NCBI RefSeq assembly: GCF_018977255.1
Contig: NW_024704743.1
Location: 46,130,001 to 46,194,000 of the forward strand
Reading direction: 5' to 3'
Origin: Callorhinchus milii
Lineage: Eukaryota
Length of the DNA stretch: 64,000 bases
Positions within the stretch are counted from its first letter, which is position 1. Every line of letters begins with the position of its first letter. Below the pieces are notes generated by a model. That model had not been told where the DNA came from. It made no database searches and saw nothing but the letters and a program-made list of their open reading frames with translations. Positions 11,750-24,118 of the stretch are shown here, in pieces. The position numbers were made by a program, and so were the translations under genes.

Positions 11750-13330
11750 TTCTTTCACCATGGTAGAAGGTTTATTTAAGCATACCATATTTACTCAACA
11801 CCAACTGCTTAATCCAGATCCTCACATGGGGGGGGGGGGGCTTTGCATAGAGACATGTCCAGATGTAAACCAGATCCTTTTTTTCAACACCTGCTTCCTC
11901 CTTAACCACAAATCCATCTCCCCATTTGGTCCTTGGCTTCACTAGTGGATTGAAGGAAGTCCCACAATTGCATGTACACAGGAGCTTGGAATCATGAAGG
12001 AGAACTGTTTGGACACATGTCTTATACACCACAAACTTAACCTGCACTGAGGCTTTACTATCATTGAAGAGAGACAAGAATCATCAAAATGCCTTATGTC
12101 TTTTCTCAGCATGATCCTGAAGGATAATATCCAAGCAAAAGCTGTTGACCACCACAACCCTCAGATATCGATATGAATCAACATTTATTTGTCAGGGAGA
12201 GTGTTGAAGGAGTGGAAGGTGATGATTTTGAATCCAAGAACAGCTCTTAGTGGTAGGTAATTTATCAGTATGTCAATCTATGCTCCTAAATATATTTACA
12301 TCTCCACAGACTGTGTTATACACAAGTTTTGCATTGCACCCATAAATGGGATTAGTGTGTTGTGACATGATAAGCTAGCAATATTTTCTAGTATGGAAAT
12401 GCATACCATATGCATTTTTACTGATAATTCTCCTTCTACTCTCTCCACAGTACAAGGCAACCCCAGTAGAGGCTTGAATTTGAGGACAAAACAATGACCG
12501 TCGCACTTCAAACAAACACCAGGCCAGAAACATGCACCTGGGGACATGTAACTAGTGTTAAGCACTGGATGAGTCACCAGGCATGGGGGAAGCTGGGGGA
12601 GCAGATGACAAAGGGCAGCTCAGGGGGTTGATAATTGAAAGTGAGGAGCATGAGGGTCAGGATCGCACTTTCAAAAAGGAGACTAAGTACTGCACAAGAG
12701 CCATATTCAAGTGCTACCTTTCAAAATTCTTAAGACTCCAGGAGGTGGACTGGACAGTAAGGAGAAGGCATGTAATGCCATCTCCCAAATAAGTAAAGTT
12801 GGGGACCATTGGTAGTCTGCAATAGACTATTATGCATTATGCATTCCATTGACTGAGTAAAAGCATCTCCTAGAAAAGTTCCCTCTGCTGTTGTATTAGG
12901 CTCTGACTTCCAGAAGCAGTTGGAACTAGTTTTTACCCTGTTGGAGAACTGTTGCGGTGAAACATGCCAGAGAGGCTCAGAAATATCAATGTTCCTCAGT
13001 CCTGCATTTGAGATCAGTGGAGTTTGTGTAACAGATTGCTACTCCTGGTGGCATAGTATATCAACACACTTAAATCACCTGTTCAGGTAGATCTGGATAA
13101 GTAACATAGACAATTAGAGCTTTTTCTTTGATTATGGAGTCTTAGGGTCGGTAGAAGATAAGGGCAGTGGACATTCTGTACCACCCCAGCTTTTCTTTTG
13201 GTAAAGTGCCCATAGTACTACTCCTTCAACAAGCATTGTACACTGTCAGATACTTCCACAATAGCCAAAGAGAAGTTCACGGTGCATGAACACAGTGCAG
13301 TGATTGCTTACACCACTGAACCTTCATGGC
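11750..13330 (+). mobile_element. Highly decayed Gypsy/Ty3-like LTR retrotransposon pol relic
   Basis: Collinear RT-like motifs on +: KVGDHW*SAIDYYAL (from 12795), EKFPLL, FTLLE, EAQKY, HLNHLFR*IWISNIDN and KIRAV, matching the Gypsy order W..CIDYRALN / KFPLP / F..LDL / YIDD / EKI.AV. Outer boundaries are uncertain and no LTRs were seen. Confidence 0.45.
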
Positions 13331-13779
13331 AGTCAAAATCATGCACAGTTTATTGCATTGTAAATGTTTGCGTTCTTTAAAAAGGTGATGGATCATTGAT
13401 GGAACAACATACAAAGAGAAGTTATTGTGATGGCAGCAAAATGAAAAACATTCTGAGGGAAGAACTGCATCTTAATTATTGTTGAGTACTTTTTAGAATA
13501 AATGGTGACAATTTTATGAAAAGAACTGGATTGGTAAGATTTTTCCAAACTTGACCAGTGGCTCATCCTCAGTTGTGGTGCTGGTTCCTCAATTGCACAA
13601 TAATTTCTTAACACAATATCTGTAGCATATTATACAGCACAACAAAAAGATTGCTACATTTCATGAACAATGTAAAGCAAGCCCTGAACCTTTCTTTCAA
13701 GGTTAGATACATAGAATTGGCAGCAATGTTACAAATATCAAACTAGAATGCACCTGAGCTAATCACTGACAAATGAAGT

Positions 13780-14170
13780 TCAGACAAAATGCAAGGACCT
13801 TTAAATATGCAGTAAAAATAGGCACATGAACTTGCCCGGGAAAGCTGAAAGAGATCTAGGGGTATTAGTTGACCCATTGCTCTCCATATCAAAACAGTGT
13901 GAGGCATTATTGAATGAGGCAAACAGGATGCAGGGCTGTATTGCCAAATCAGTTCAATTCAGATTCCCAGATGTCATGTGGTGTTATAGTCAGGCCACAC
14001 CTGGAGCACTGTGTGAAGCTCTGGTCACTGCAATATAAAGGTACTGGCAAAACCCTGCAGACAATGCACAGGAGGAGAGCAACATGGACGAGTTCCTTTT
14101 TTTCAGAGGAATGAACAATAAGCTAGGGCTCTTCAGCCTTGAAAAAAGACATCTCAGTGGTGAACTTATT
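13780..14170 (+). mobile_element. CR1 LINE ORF2 fragment
   Basis: ERDLGVLVDPLLSISKQCEALLNEANRMQGCI and VRPHLEHCVKLWSLQYK are typical CR1 ORF2 C-terminal motifs. Confidence 0.85.
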
Positions 14171-14796
14171 TCCACAATCTCATTGCCCTCTGCATGAAGT
14201 AATTCCTCTTAAATTCTGTTTTAGATCCCCCAGTCGCTATCCTATATTTGTGTCCCCTGGTTGCGGATTCCCCAACCAGTCTAAACAGTCTATTTTTGCT
14301 AACCTTATCAAACCCTTTGATAATTTTAAACACCTCTATGAGGTCTCTAGCAAAAAATGACCTAACCCAACCAGTAACCTGTCAGCACTGGCCTCATCCT
14401 CATAAATCTACTCTGTATTCTTTCCATTGCCCACAAAATACACACTCTAGAATATATTCATGTGAAGTGCTTTGAAACCTCTCAATCACATGTTAAAGTG
14501 GTATATCAAATGCAAGGATTGTTATTACTTTGCCCAATATCTTTAAGAATTTAGTCACAGACTGGATTGAGAACTTTTTATACTGAGTTGTGCTGCTCAC
14601 CAAGAGGCTCACAAGGAATTTCTAGAACCTAATGAGACCTAAACCCCACACTTGTCAGATGTCTAATAATAATAGATGAACATTTGACAATAATAAATGA
14701 GGAGTATAGGTGGGGGGGTTGGTATGAGGGATCTCTTTGGGATGGGCTGTCTCTAAGTTGGCTTGCCTGGGAAAGGCATTTTGGAATGTAGTCGAT

Positions 14797-14950
14797 CCTC
14801 TGCGCCTAATACTTTCCAGGATTAGGTGAGCAGGGTGTACACCTCGAGGACAGAATCTGCACTCCAGACAAAGGGAAATTTCCATGCGTGTAGAATTCTC
14901 AATTTGGATACTCTTTAACTGTAGTGACTCCCAGCTGATCAAGCAAAAAG
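14797..14950 (+). repeat. Unclassified structured dispersed repeat X, copy 1
   Basis: Shares 'cctaatactttcc..attaggtgagcagg', 'aaatttccatg', 'ttggatactc' and 'cccagctga' plus A-run with 23852-24043 and 27518-27770. Confidence 0.7.
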
Positions 14951-15619
14951 TTATTTCAGGAAGTGTAGTACCCTTTGCAGTCTTTATAGCAAACCAATAA
15001 AAGAGGCAGACTAATGATGGTTTAAAACTGATTTTTTTTGTTTGTAGACACAAATGCATATGACAAATAAAACATAAAACAAAAACAGTGTAAGTACTTC
15101 TAACTTCATTCTGACTATTCTCACTTTTTTTTGCAAAATGTAACAGACCCTATGTTCAAAGCTGGAGTTTCAATCTTTTCCTTTCTTAAAGCAGATTTCA
15201 CTGTAAACTGAATTGTATTTCAACAACTTCTCCTCGGTTATAGTCAGAGAGATGATATTTCCCTTGAATTCTATGTCAATCAAGAAATTCCTACTGCTGC
15301 ATCCTCCATCGAGCGATTGTCTGTATTTGAATATTGAAGTGTTTTTCAAAGATGGGAAACTTCATGAAACAGATTATAAAGGTGAAATAAGCAACGGAGC
15401 TAGCTACATTAAATGGAAATACAATAGAAAGAAAAGAATAATTCAACACATCCTTAGAAGATGTGCTGGTTCACAGGCAGCAACCAGCCACGCTCTCTTC
15501 CCACATAGGCTGGGACTGTGACATATGTAGAAGGTTTTTGAAAGCAAACAAGACTTCCTTTTGTGGCAGCAAGGTTCCAGAAAGTTCAGTGAGGTCAATG
15601 ATCAATTAATCTGGACAAT

Positions 15620-15825
15620 TGATGCCAGAACACCAGAAGAACTTCCTTCTCTTTCAAATTGTGACATGAGATCTTTAACATTCACCTCAATATGAAAATT
15701 GGACCACAGTTTCACATCTCAGCCAATCTCCGACAATGTCACAGACCCCAGTATTAGACTGGAGTATTACATTAAGAACTCAAGTCCTGATGAGGTCGGA
15801 GTTCTACCGAGCCAAGTTGACACAC
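15620..15825 (-). mobile_element. SINE family 2 (Deu-domain, SacSINE/AmnSINE1-like) fragment
   Basis: Reverse complement of the Deu-like core 'gatgtgaaactgtggtcc...gttaaagatctcatg...gttcttctggtgttctggc'. Confidence 0.6.
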
Positions 15826-16476
15826 AGTAGATCTAATGTTGCGATATAATTCACATGTGCCTTCAAAGTAAATTAAAAGCAACAGGGAAAATACGCAATT
15901 GTTTTTATTTATATCTATTATCATCAGATTTATTCAGATTAAAAATATCCTTGTTACTAGTTTACACAGCAATGCTCAAAAATATATTAAAAACATTTTC
16001 ATTAAAATACAGTGATCCTGTTTATGTGGTAGGTAATCTCCTGACATAACCGCAATAACAAAACGCTGTTAACTACCTCTCCAAAGCACTTAATAACTGA
16101 TGTCACCTAAGTGGAAAACCTTCTCATTGTATTTTATAACTGATTGAAAACAGTAACCAATTGAATACAAAAATGCAGGTCTCTGTGTGAGTGGTGTACT
16201 CGGTGGAATAAAATAGTTTGTTTATGTGAAATGTAATTTTACTCAAAGCATTTTTATATTTTTGGTCAACTTTGTAAGTATGATTTTTGATGTTCTCTTT
16301 TATTCCAATTAAAATTAGGTAAGGAACAATAGCACAAAATCCAACTGTATTAGTATCCTAATGTATTTCGTACCACAGTAGTTGGATTGGACTACACTCA
16401 TTTATATCAATTCAGTGTTTTTCTGTTCACGTAGGACATAATTTCTGTTGGGAGTTGATTAGTTTATGCTGTTTAG

Positions 16477-16516
16477 GCTGTGTTATTCAGTACCTTTCCT
16501 GTGATGATTTTAGCAG
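16477..16516 (+). CDS. Candidate 40-nt exon (alternative upstream acceptor would give 16435-16516)
   Basis: tgctgtttag acceptor and consensus donor CAG/gtaagt; reads (G)CVIQYLSCDDFS or AVLFSTFPVMILA. Confidence 0.3.
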
Positions 16517-17029
16517 GTAAGTTTCTGTCTCGTGCATAAAAAACTGCTTTAAAGTCAGAAACCCTCAACTCTGGGAATACTTGGGCATATATAGGTCATG
16601 TTTCCTTGCTGAACTTTTCATCCAATTGAAGACTAACCAACTTTTTGATCCGTCAATTGAGAAATCCAGGAAAATGTGGATGAGTTTGATGGAGCGATTG
16701 ACTTCTTATTGCAGGCTCATTATGTTTCAGAGTCTTTTGCTTTTGTTATTGACCATTTGTGGGCATTGACCAGTTTCTGGGACATTGTTTTCTGAAGAGA
16801 CTCTGTCTTTGTTGATTCAGAGACTTGTGTTCTTTTGTTCTGATCAGCATGGGGGTGAAGTGGTTCAATTTGCCTGGGGTAAGATATAAAGGGATTTTTC
16901 TCTTTTGCTGTCCCCTTCAACATTACCAGTTGGAATCTCACATGATGTTCATAAAAAAAGCAATGGTGATTACCATAAAATGTCAGTTGCATCACGTGAA
17001 GTCTGATGATCTGAAATATCTTTTCTTCT

Positions 17030-17340
17030 CCCGAAAAACGTTGACTCGTACCAGGGTATAATTCAACAGACACCAGCCGCCCACTGATAGCTTGACCCAT
17101 TGGCTGTTCTTCAGTTGTGAGAATAGACAGCAGGTGTCAGCGAGCTATTTGACCGTGGGAGTGATGACAGCTAAACCTGATCCTGTCCTCACTTGATGCC
17201 CACACACACACATTTATTTCAGCATAGTCACTCAGAGGCAGGAAATCCTGGCTGATTTCTTCCCCCCCCAGCCATTCCCTTTTCTCTAAAACACAGGCTA
17301 ATTGACACGTCACCACAACCATGCTATCTGGGCTGACATT
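17030..17340 (-). mobile_element. Old SINE-like repeat family 3
   Basis: Block 'aaacctgatcctgtcctcac...caggaaatcctggctgattt..cccc' recurs in diverged form at about 31260, 36660 and 43455, and inverted at 24730-24815. Confidence 0.55.
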
Positions 17341-17631
17341 TCAATATTTACTTTCTTTATTCATTGTCAAGAGAAAAGGTAAAATGATCATGCAGCCGTG
17401 GGTGTATTGGCAACAGCAACCTAGCTGCTGTTCACCAATAGGAACAGCTAATACAAAGTCTGTAGTGCCTTTCATTAATGTAATCTGTTAGCTAATAGAG
17501 GTGCTGAATTCAGCTGTAAAGTGTTTTTCTCAGGTATAAATTTAGGTATGACTAATTATTTTTTTGTTTATATCAAGTGCGGTATTCAAATTTAACAGCC
17601 ATTGATTTTTCTTCACTGTTCCTGTTCTCAG

Positions 17632-17656
17632 TACAACTTTGGAAATAATGTCAAAG
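17632..17656 (+). CDS. Candidate 25-nt exon
   Basis: Strong pyrimidine tract tttttcttcactgttcctgttctcag and AAG/gtactg donor; reads (S)TTLEIMSK in frame with the 16477 candidate, or (V)QLWK-stop. Confidence 0.3.
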
Positions 17657-18101
17657 GTACTGTGATTTGAAAATACTCAATCTGCTACAATCTGCTTTGT
17701 GAAATGCCATTCAGAGTTCACAGCTCAGTAACTCTTACTTTGTACTGATCATGAAACATTATTCGCTGTGAGCAAAGAGTTATTGTTACAGGAAGTCTCC
17801 TCATTATTAAAATTATCCTGGTTCACTTTAAGTTGTAATTTCGGTATCACAGACAGCTTCCGAATAGCAATCTAATATTAATACCCAGTTTACTAAAAAT
17901 ACGTAAACTCAGGCCGATGCTATCTCCTGGTGCAGGCAGTCCAGAATGATTTCAGTTTCCATCCTGAAGCAGATTTGAACATATTTTCTCAATGGTCAAA
18001 GCTCTGCTGGAATCCCGTTCAATCTGTAAATGTCTGAGGTGTTAATACTATCAAACAAGAAAAGGGACTCTCTCCAGTTTTTAAATGATAGTATAAATGG
18101 G

Positions 18102-18525
18102 ATAATAATAAATAACAATCCTTGCATTTGTTACAGCTCCTTGTTATGTTGGCGAGAAGTTCTCAACATGCTTTACAGGATGTACTGTAAAGTGGAGTGA
18201 CTGACAGTGTTGTAGGTGAGTGGAGCAGCTAATTTGAGGCAAATATGTTCCACAACAACCATGGTGTGAAGGACCAAATTTATCTGTGGGATTGTTGGCT
18301 TGAACACCAGGAGAAACTCCCTTCTCTTTTCAAAAAAATGCCAAGAGATCTTTAATGTCAATCGAAACAGTGAGACGGAACCTCGGTTTAATACCTCATT
18401 TGAAAGGTCGCACCTGTGACAATGCAACACCCACCCAGTACTACACTGGAGTGTCAGCCTAAACCGTCAGCTCAAAGTCATCATGTCAGGCTTGCACCCA
18501 CAACGTTTAGCTGTCAACTGAGTTA
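18102..18525 (-). mobile_element. SINE family 2 (Deu-domain)
   Basis: (AAT)n-ccttgcatttg tail, Deu-like core ('gagatctttaatgtc', 'cctcggtttaatacctcatttgaaag') and 'cactggagtgtcagcct'. Confidence 0.75.
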
Positions 18526-19099
18526 GATGTGATGAAGGAATAGTTTTGTCAGCATAGTGCAGAGTAGTTTTAAAAGCAGTGAGGTTGTGTAATTCATACT
18601 GATGTAAGGAGAATGCTGCAATTTAAGGTATTGTTTCCAAACATATCTGGTTGTTTGGAAACAATACCTTAAATTGTAGGTTTGGGGGTGAAAACTTTTT
18701 CTGTGATAAGATAACACAATGGATTTTTCACGCCCAGATTTCAGCTTTCTTTCCTTGCTCTGACTCTGTAGCTCCACATATAAATCAGACTCTATTGGTT
18801 TTTCTCAATGACAGAGTGTTGTGGTTTTGTGAATTTATTTTCTGCATACACTTAAACCTAGTTCACGCAGATTTTATGAGTGCATTCAATTGGTCTGCAA
18901 CATTCAAAGGAAAATGACAGAAAAAGGCAAGTTGGCTGCATCTCCAAGTGATCTGTTCATGAAGTATAAAAGCAGTCAGCAACAATGAACTTATGTTCGT
19001 GCTCATGCGCAACATTTTTCACATGCCCCAAACAATATTAGCATTTACACATGCAGCAAAAGAGCATTAGCTTGTTGCAAATTACAGCAGTGAGCCTGT

Positions 19100-20460
19100 T
19101 CTCAGGCTCTGGCAGCATCAACCTCCATGGTTGCACACTTCAACTCACCAAGCCAGTCAGGAACCTAGGTGTCTTGTTTGACCCTCAACTGTCTTCCCCA
19201 CATCCGAGCCATGACCCGCTCTGCCTTCCCTCACCTCTGTAATATCGCCCGACTCCGCCACTCCCTCATCCCTCAGGTCGCTGAAACTCTTGTTCATGCT
19301 CTCATCGCCTCCAGGCTCCACTATGCAAACGCCCTGCTTGTCGGCCTTCCCAACTCCTCCCTCCACAGGCTGCAGATAATCCAGAACTCTGCAGCCCCTG
19401 TCCTCTCCTGCACCAAACTCCGTGACCCCATCTCCCCCATTCTCGCCCGACTCCACTGGCTCCCTATCCTTCAGAGGATCCAGTTCAATATCCTGGTCCT
19501 CATCTACAAAGCCCTCAATAGCCTCCCCCCACTCTATCTCTGTGATCTCCTAAACCCCTACCAAAACGCCCGTTCCTTCCGCTCAGCCGGCTCCGGCCTG
19601 CTACACGTACCCCGACCCACCCGCTCCAACATTGGTGGGAGAGCCTTCAGCCACTGCCCCCAACCTCTGGAACTCCATCTCCCAGTCACTCCGCCTCACC
19701 CCCTCCTTAGCCTCCTTCAAGTCAAAACCCTCCTCTTCGACCATGCCATTGGTCACCCCCATTCCCCTCCCTTCTCCCCCCTGACCCCAGCTCAGGTCTG
19801 AAATGCTGTACACTGTCCAGGGCCTTGGGACGTCCTCCCAACGTGAAAGAACTCTGCAGCTCGTGTACTGTCCCGCACCAGGCTTCGTGACTACATCACT
19901 CCGACCCTCGCTCGCCTCCACTGGCTCCCCATCCCCCAGAGGATCGAATTCAAGTTCCTCATTCTCACCTACTAGGCCATCCATGGCCTTGCTCCCTCCT
20001 ACCTCTCCGACCTACTATCCCCCTACTTACCTGCCCATACCTCCGTTCCTCTGGCTCCAGTCTGCTCCACATCCCCCGCTCCAACCGCCCTACCATCGGT
20101 GGCCGGGCCTTCAGCCTCTCAGCCCCGAGGCTCTGGAACTCCATTCACCAGTGCCTTCGCCGCCTCCTCCCTTTCCTCCTTCAAGGCCGGTCTCAAGACC
20201 TTTCCCTTTGACCGTGCCTTCAGCTCCCCTCTCGACTCTCTACCCCCTCCTCGCTCCCTCCCTTCCCTCCCTTCACCCTGACCATTTTCCCACCTCCTCG
20301 CTCTCTCCCTTCCCTCCCCTCACCCTGACCATTTCTCCCCTGCTCGGGTCCTGACCCAACTGTCCAGCGCTTTGGGACGTCCTCCCGACGTGAAAGGCGC
20401 TCTATAAATGGAATCTTGTCGTTGTTGAAAGGCTCCATACAAATGTAATCTTGTTGTTGT
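19100..20460 (+). mobile_element. L2 3' portion with a younger L2 (about 19850-20425) inserted in its 3' terminus
   Basis: ORF 19169-19801 has L2 ORF2 C-terminal motifs (HLCNIARLR, LQIIQNSAA, LHWLPI..RIQF); the older tail is split at 'tgaaag' and resumes at 20426. Confidence 0.9.
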
Positions 20461-21395
20461 TTCCTGCAGAAATGCACAGGGCTAATTCTCTTTGTCTATC
20501 CACGTTAAAATCGTGGCTTCAGAGGGCCATACAGTATTCTACTCTTTTTAAGTACATGTTTGTTTTAATACATAAATAATACATCTACATGTACTTTGGT
20601 AGTTTTTTGATAGAGGAATTGCCATTTTAATATTTCTTCAGCCAATGCAATATTGAACCAGGCAGCTTATTTCATTGCTTGAACTCTGTAACATTTCCAC
20701 TGTTCTCTCAGCATTGGCTATTTCTAAAAATATCCACCCCTCGATGTTGAGACCCCTGTATTTTTCTCTTTTTTGAAATATAATTCATTGTAATTTGGAA
20801 GAAAGAAATACACAATAAAAACTCAGTTTCACATTCAAGGATTTCCCACAAAAATAGTTTAGGATCAGATGATAACTCGAATGAAAATTATTCTTCCAGA
20901 ATGAACAAATATATATTCCACAAGCGAGGAATGAACACCCACAGAAAATATAAAAATCTGACAGTCCTTTGGGATGTCCTTCCGACGTGAAAGGCGCTAT
21001 ACAAATGTAATTTATTGTAAATAATTGAATATAATAATTTTTGCTAGATCTATATTGAAATGGTTTCAATGAATATTTCAGAAATTAAAATTCTTTCACA
21101 CTTGTTCAATGTCATAATAACTTCAGTTGACTTAAATTAAGCACGCCGATACCTTATCCACGTGAAAGGCGTGATATAAGTATAAATAAAGTTGTTGTTA
21201 TTGATGTTGTTGTCTGAATTATAATGATGGTGAGAAGGCAAATTTAAAAGTTTCAATTTACCCATTTTCCTCATGAAACATCCTTCTTGCAGTGCTCTTG
21301 TTCTTGTCATCTGACTATTGTGTTGCACATTACCCAATGCACTGTTGTTACCTGCCATGTTGTGCTGCTTGTATCGTGTATGTTTCCTCATAGGT

Positions 21396-21618
21396 TAAGG
21401 TGACCATATTTTGTAAAACAAATCTGGGGACACAGTTAAAAAAAAATGAACTCACCACAATTTCTGATTATGGCAATTAATGACTGTATTTCTCTGAAGA
21501 GTTTGTCTGTTTTACAACATTCTTGTTCTTGCTCAATTTATTGCTGAACTCAAGACAGGGCAAATTTGGCCAAGAACACAATACCTCATCTGGGAATTGC
21601 CCTGGTAAGGTCATCCAA
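21396..21618. mobile_element. hAT-type MITE with perfect 8-bp TSD
   Basis: Degenerate TIRs taaggtgaccat / aaggtcatccaa (TAGGGTGACCA-type); TSD tcataggt at 21388-21395 and 21619-21626. Confidence 0.75.
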
Positions 21619-22489
21619 TCATAGGTAGACCTTTTTAAGAAAATTGTTTCTGTATTAACCTTCCACATTAGGCTCAGAGAGCCCCAATTTCCATCTTACC
21701 ATTTATGGAAGTATTGATTGAATTTGAGGGTAAAATAATGCAACTCGTCTTAAAATCCTGGAGAAATTCCATAGACCTTCTTTGTGGTTTTATACTTTCC
21801 ACGATATCATTGCAAAAACTTTAATTGCAACTCATTAATGGAGATTCAGACCACCATGATTTTACTCTGTAAATTCCATCATTTTAGACTGTGTTAAGGC
21901 CAGTGCTGATTTATGGCTGGTACATATTGGCATAAGCATGCTACAGGTTGCAATAGAAAGGGCCAACATGACGGATCAGACATCTGGTACGAGGGGGAAC
22001 ATGCTCCTTTAAGTTTTTCTTTACTTAATCTTTATTTCTATCTATTTCTGGTGTCTGGCATATATGTCCTTGTCTTATGGCTCTGTGTGCAGTTTTTGCA
22101 CTAACTCTCATCAGATCTTCTTCTGTCCAGACACCTTTCATCGCACAATTTTATTTACCAGCCTTGAGAACGGAGAAGCTTGGAGGAGTCAGACATAACA
22201 GGCCTGACTACTATTGATAAGGAAGTTTCTGGACTCAAGAAATTATATTTTATTGCACTATAGGACACCAGTTCAGGTTTCTTAGAGTTTAACAATCTAG
22301 AGTGATACTACTCTTTCTTCAAACACAACTTCCGTAGGAAGATTGTTTTTAAAGAAAGGATGCTCTTAGACAAGAGCAAATCAGGTAGTCTGCTTCTACA
22401 TCTAAACAGCTCTTCAAAATGTCTTAAATCTCAAAACTAATATCTCTGGATGTCATTTCTCTACTCCTAGAAAGGTTAGAATACACATT

Positions 22490-23130
22490 GAATACACTCT
22501 GCATCTCTTGGATGATCAACATTTGGAATCTGTGGGTGTCAGCTTTCATCTAGGCAGATATCCGTCAGATAACTGATGAGAAACTCTGAGGCTTAGGGCG
22601 ACAGCTGCTGGAAGATGTTACCTGGAGTTCCAGTTCATGAACACATCTAGGCTTGGAATCAACTTTGATTGGTTTGCAGAGAGGTAAGTAGCTGCTGCTC
22701 AAACTCCGTACCTGCGACTGGTGGAACCATCGTTCATTGGGCAGGGATGTGTGTCTAAGCTGTGGGCAGGAAGATTTGGGGCATTTGATATAGCGCTTTT
22801 CACGTCTTCTTGATGTCTCAAAGCGCTTCACAGAATATGCTGTAGAGTGAATTGACCATATATTTGTGGGCTAAACATGGCAGCCAATTGTGCACAGCAG
22901 TGTCCCACAAACAGTGGTGGATTGAAAATGACCAATTTATTATTGTTTTGTTTTGGAGGGATTATTTGGAATCTTCCACTCAACTCCTGCAAGCCAAAGC
23001 CCTAACGGGTAGGGTGGTCCTAGTAAGCATCGGGAAAGCTTGCAAGACAGTGATCTCAATGGCAAGATAAGTGGATTTAACTAGTTAGACGCTTGCAATA
23101 CACCAAAGGACACCGTGGGGTCCCCACGTA
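22490..23130 (+). mobile_element. Possible very old RTE-like LINE relic, interrupted by a minus-strand family 1 SINE fragment (about 22780-22965)
   Basis: LDDQHLESVGVSFHLG resembles the RTE 'L.G..LE.V..F.YLG' motif; downstream similarity is weak. Confidence 0.3.
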
Positions 23131-23146
23131 TTGGCTGAACCTAATA

Positions 23147-23850
23147 GGGGAGTCCTGTAGAATAGTGGTTAGTGCTCGTCTCGCAAGCCGGAAGACCAAG
23201 ATTCAATTCCTGGGCTGGGTGAAACTCCTGGGTGGAGTCCTGTAGCTCAGTGGTTAGAGCACTCGCTTTGCAAGTGAGAGACCTGAGTTCAATTCCAGGC
23301 AGAGCAAAACCTTGGGCAAGTTTCCTTACTCCACACAGAGCCTAATAATAATCCCTCCAAAACCAAAAACAATAATAAAAACTGATCATTTTCAATCTAT
23401 GACTGTTTGTGGGACATTGCTGTGCGCAATTGGCTGCCGCGTTCGTCCACAAATATATACAGTCAATTCACTTTACAGTGTGTTCTGTGAAGCGCTTTGG
23501 GACATCCTCCCGACGTGAAAAGCGCTATATCAAATGCAAGGAATATTAAATCTTAGGCAAGTTTCCTTACTCCACACACCTATGTTTACCTAGCATTAAG
23601 TAGGAACCAGGTTGTTAGGTGATTGGTAGATTGCTTTCTGGGGGTAATAATCCCTCTAAAAAAAAGTAATAATAATTTGGTCACTCAATCCACGAACGTT
23701 TGTGGGACACTGCTGTGTGCAATTAATTGGCTGTTGCGTTTTGCCAATAAAATATACATTCAATTCATTTTACGGTATATTCTATGCATTCTTTGAGATA
23801 TCTTCAATGACGTGAAAGGTCCCAAATCAAATGCAAGGATTAATATTATT
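23147..23850 (+). mobile_element. Long-form family 1 SINE with a young short-form SINE (23232-23548) nested after its tRNA head
   Basis: Old head at 23147-23230, then a complete young copy, then the old body resumes with 'cttaggcaagtttccttactccacacacctatgtttacc'. Confidence 0.85.
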
Positions 23851-23851
23851 T

Positions 23852-24043
23852 TAATACTTTCCGGAATGAAGTAAGCGGGATGCATCCCTCCAGGGAGAGG
23901 GTGCGCATTCCATTCCAATAAATATCTCTGAAATTTCCATGTATGGTGGGATGCATGGAAATCTCAGTCTGGTTTTGATACTCTTAAGCATGCTGATGGG
24001 TTTCTGCATGTATCAGACACCCAGCTGAGCAAAAAAATAAAAA
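23852..24043 (+). repeat. Structured dispersed repeat X, copy 2
   Basis: Aligns along its length with 27583-27770 and ends in an A-rich tail. Confidence 0.8.
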
Positions 24044-24118
24044 CAGGAATCTCTTTCACTTTTGCTGATGTCAGGAAATATTGTTGTCCTTTCAGCTGCT
24101 CCTCTGGCATCGACTTAC

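Noticed and set aside
11400..12200. Minus-strand L1/Tx1-like ORF2 reading (LFNDSKASVQV, NVDSYRYL)
   Set aside because: Only faint isolated similarity; the plus-strand Gypsy-like motif series nearby is more coherent.
19169..20354. Long ORFs (210 aa, 183 aa) and similar ones at 8935, 48360-49515, 52509-53115 and 61673
   Set aside because: Frameshifted L2 ORF2 fragments or alternative frames of C-rich L2 sequence; not host genes.
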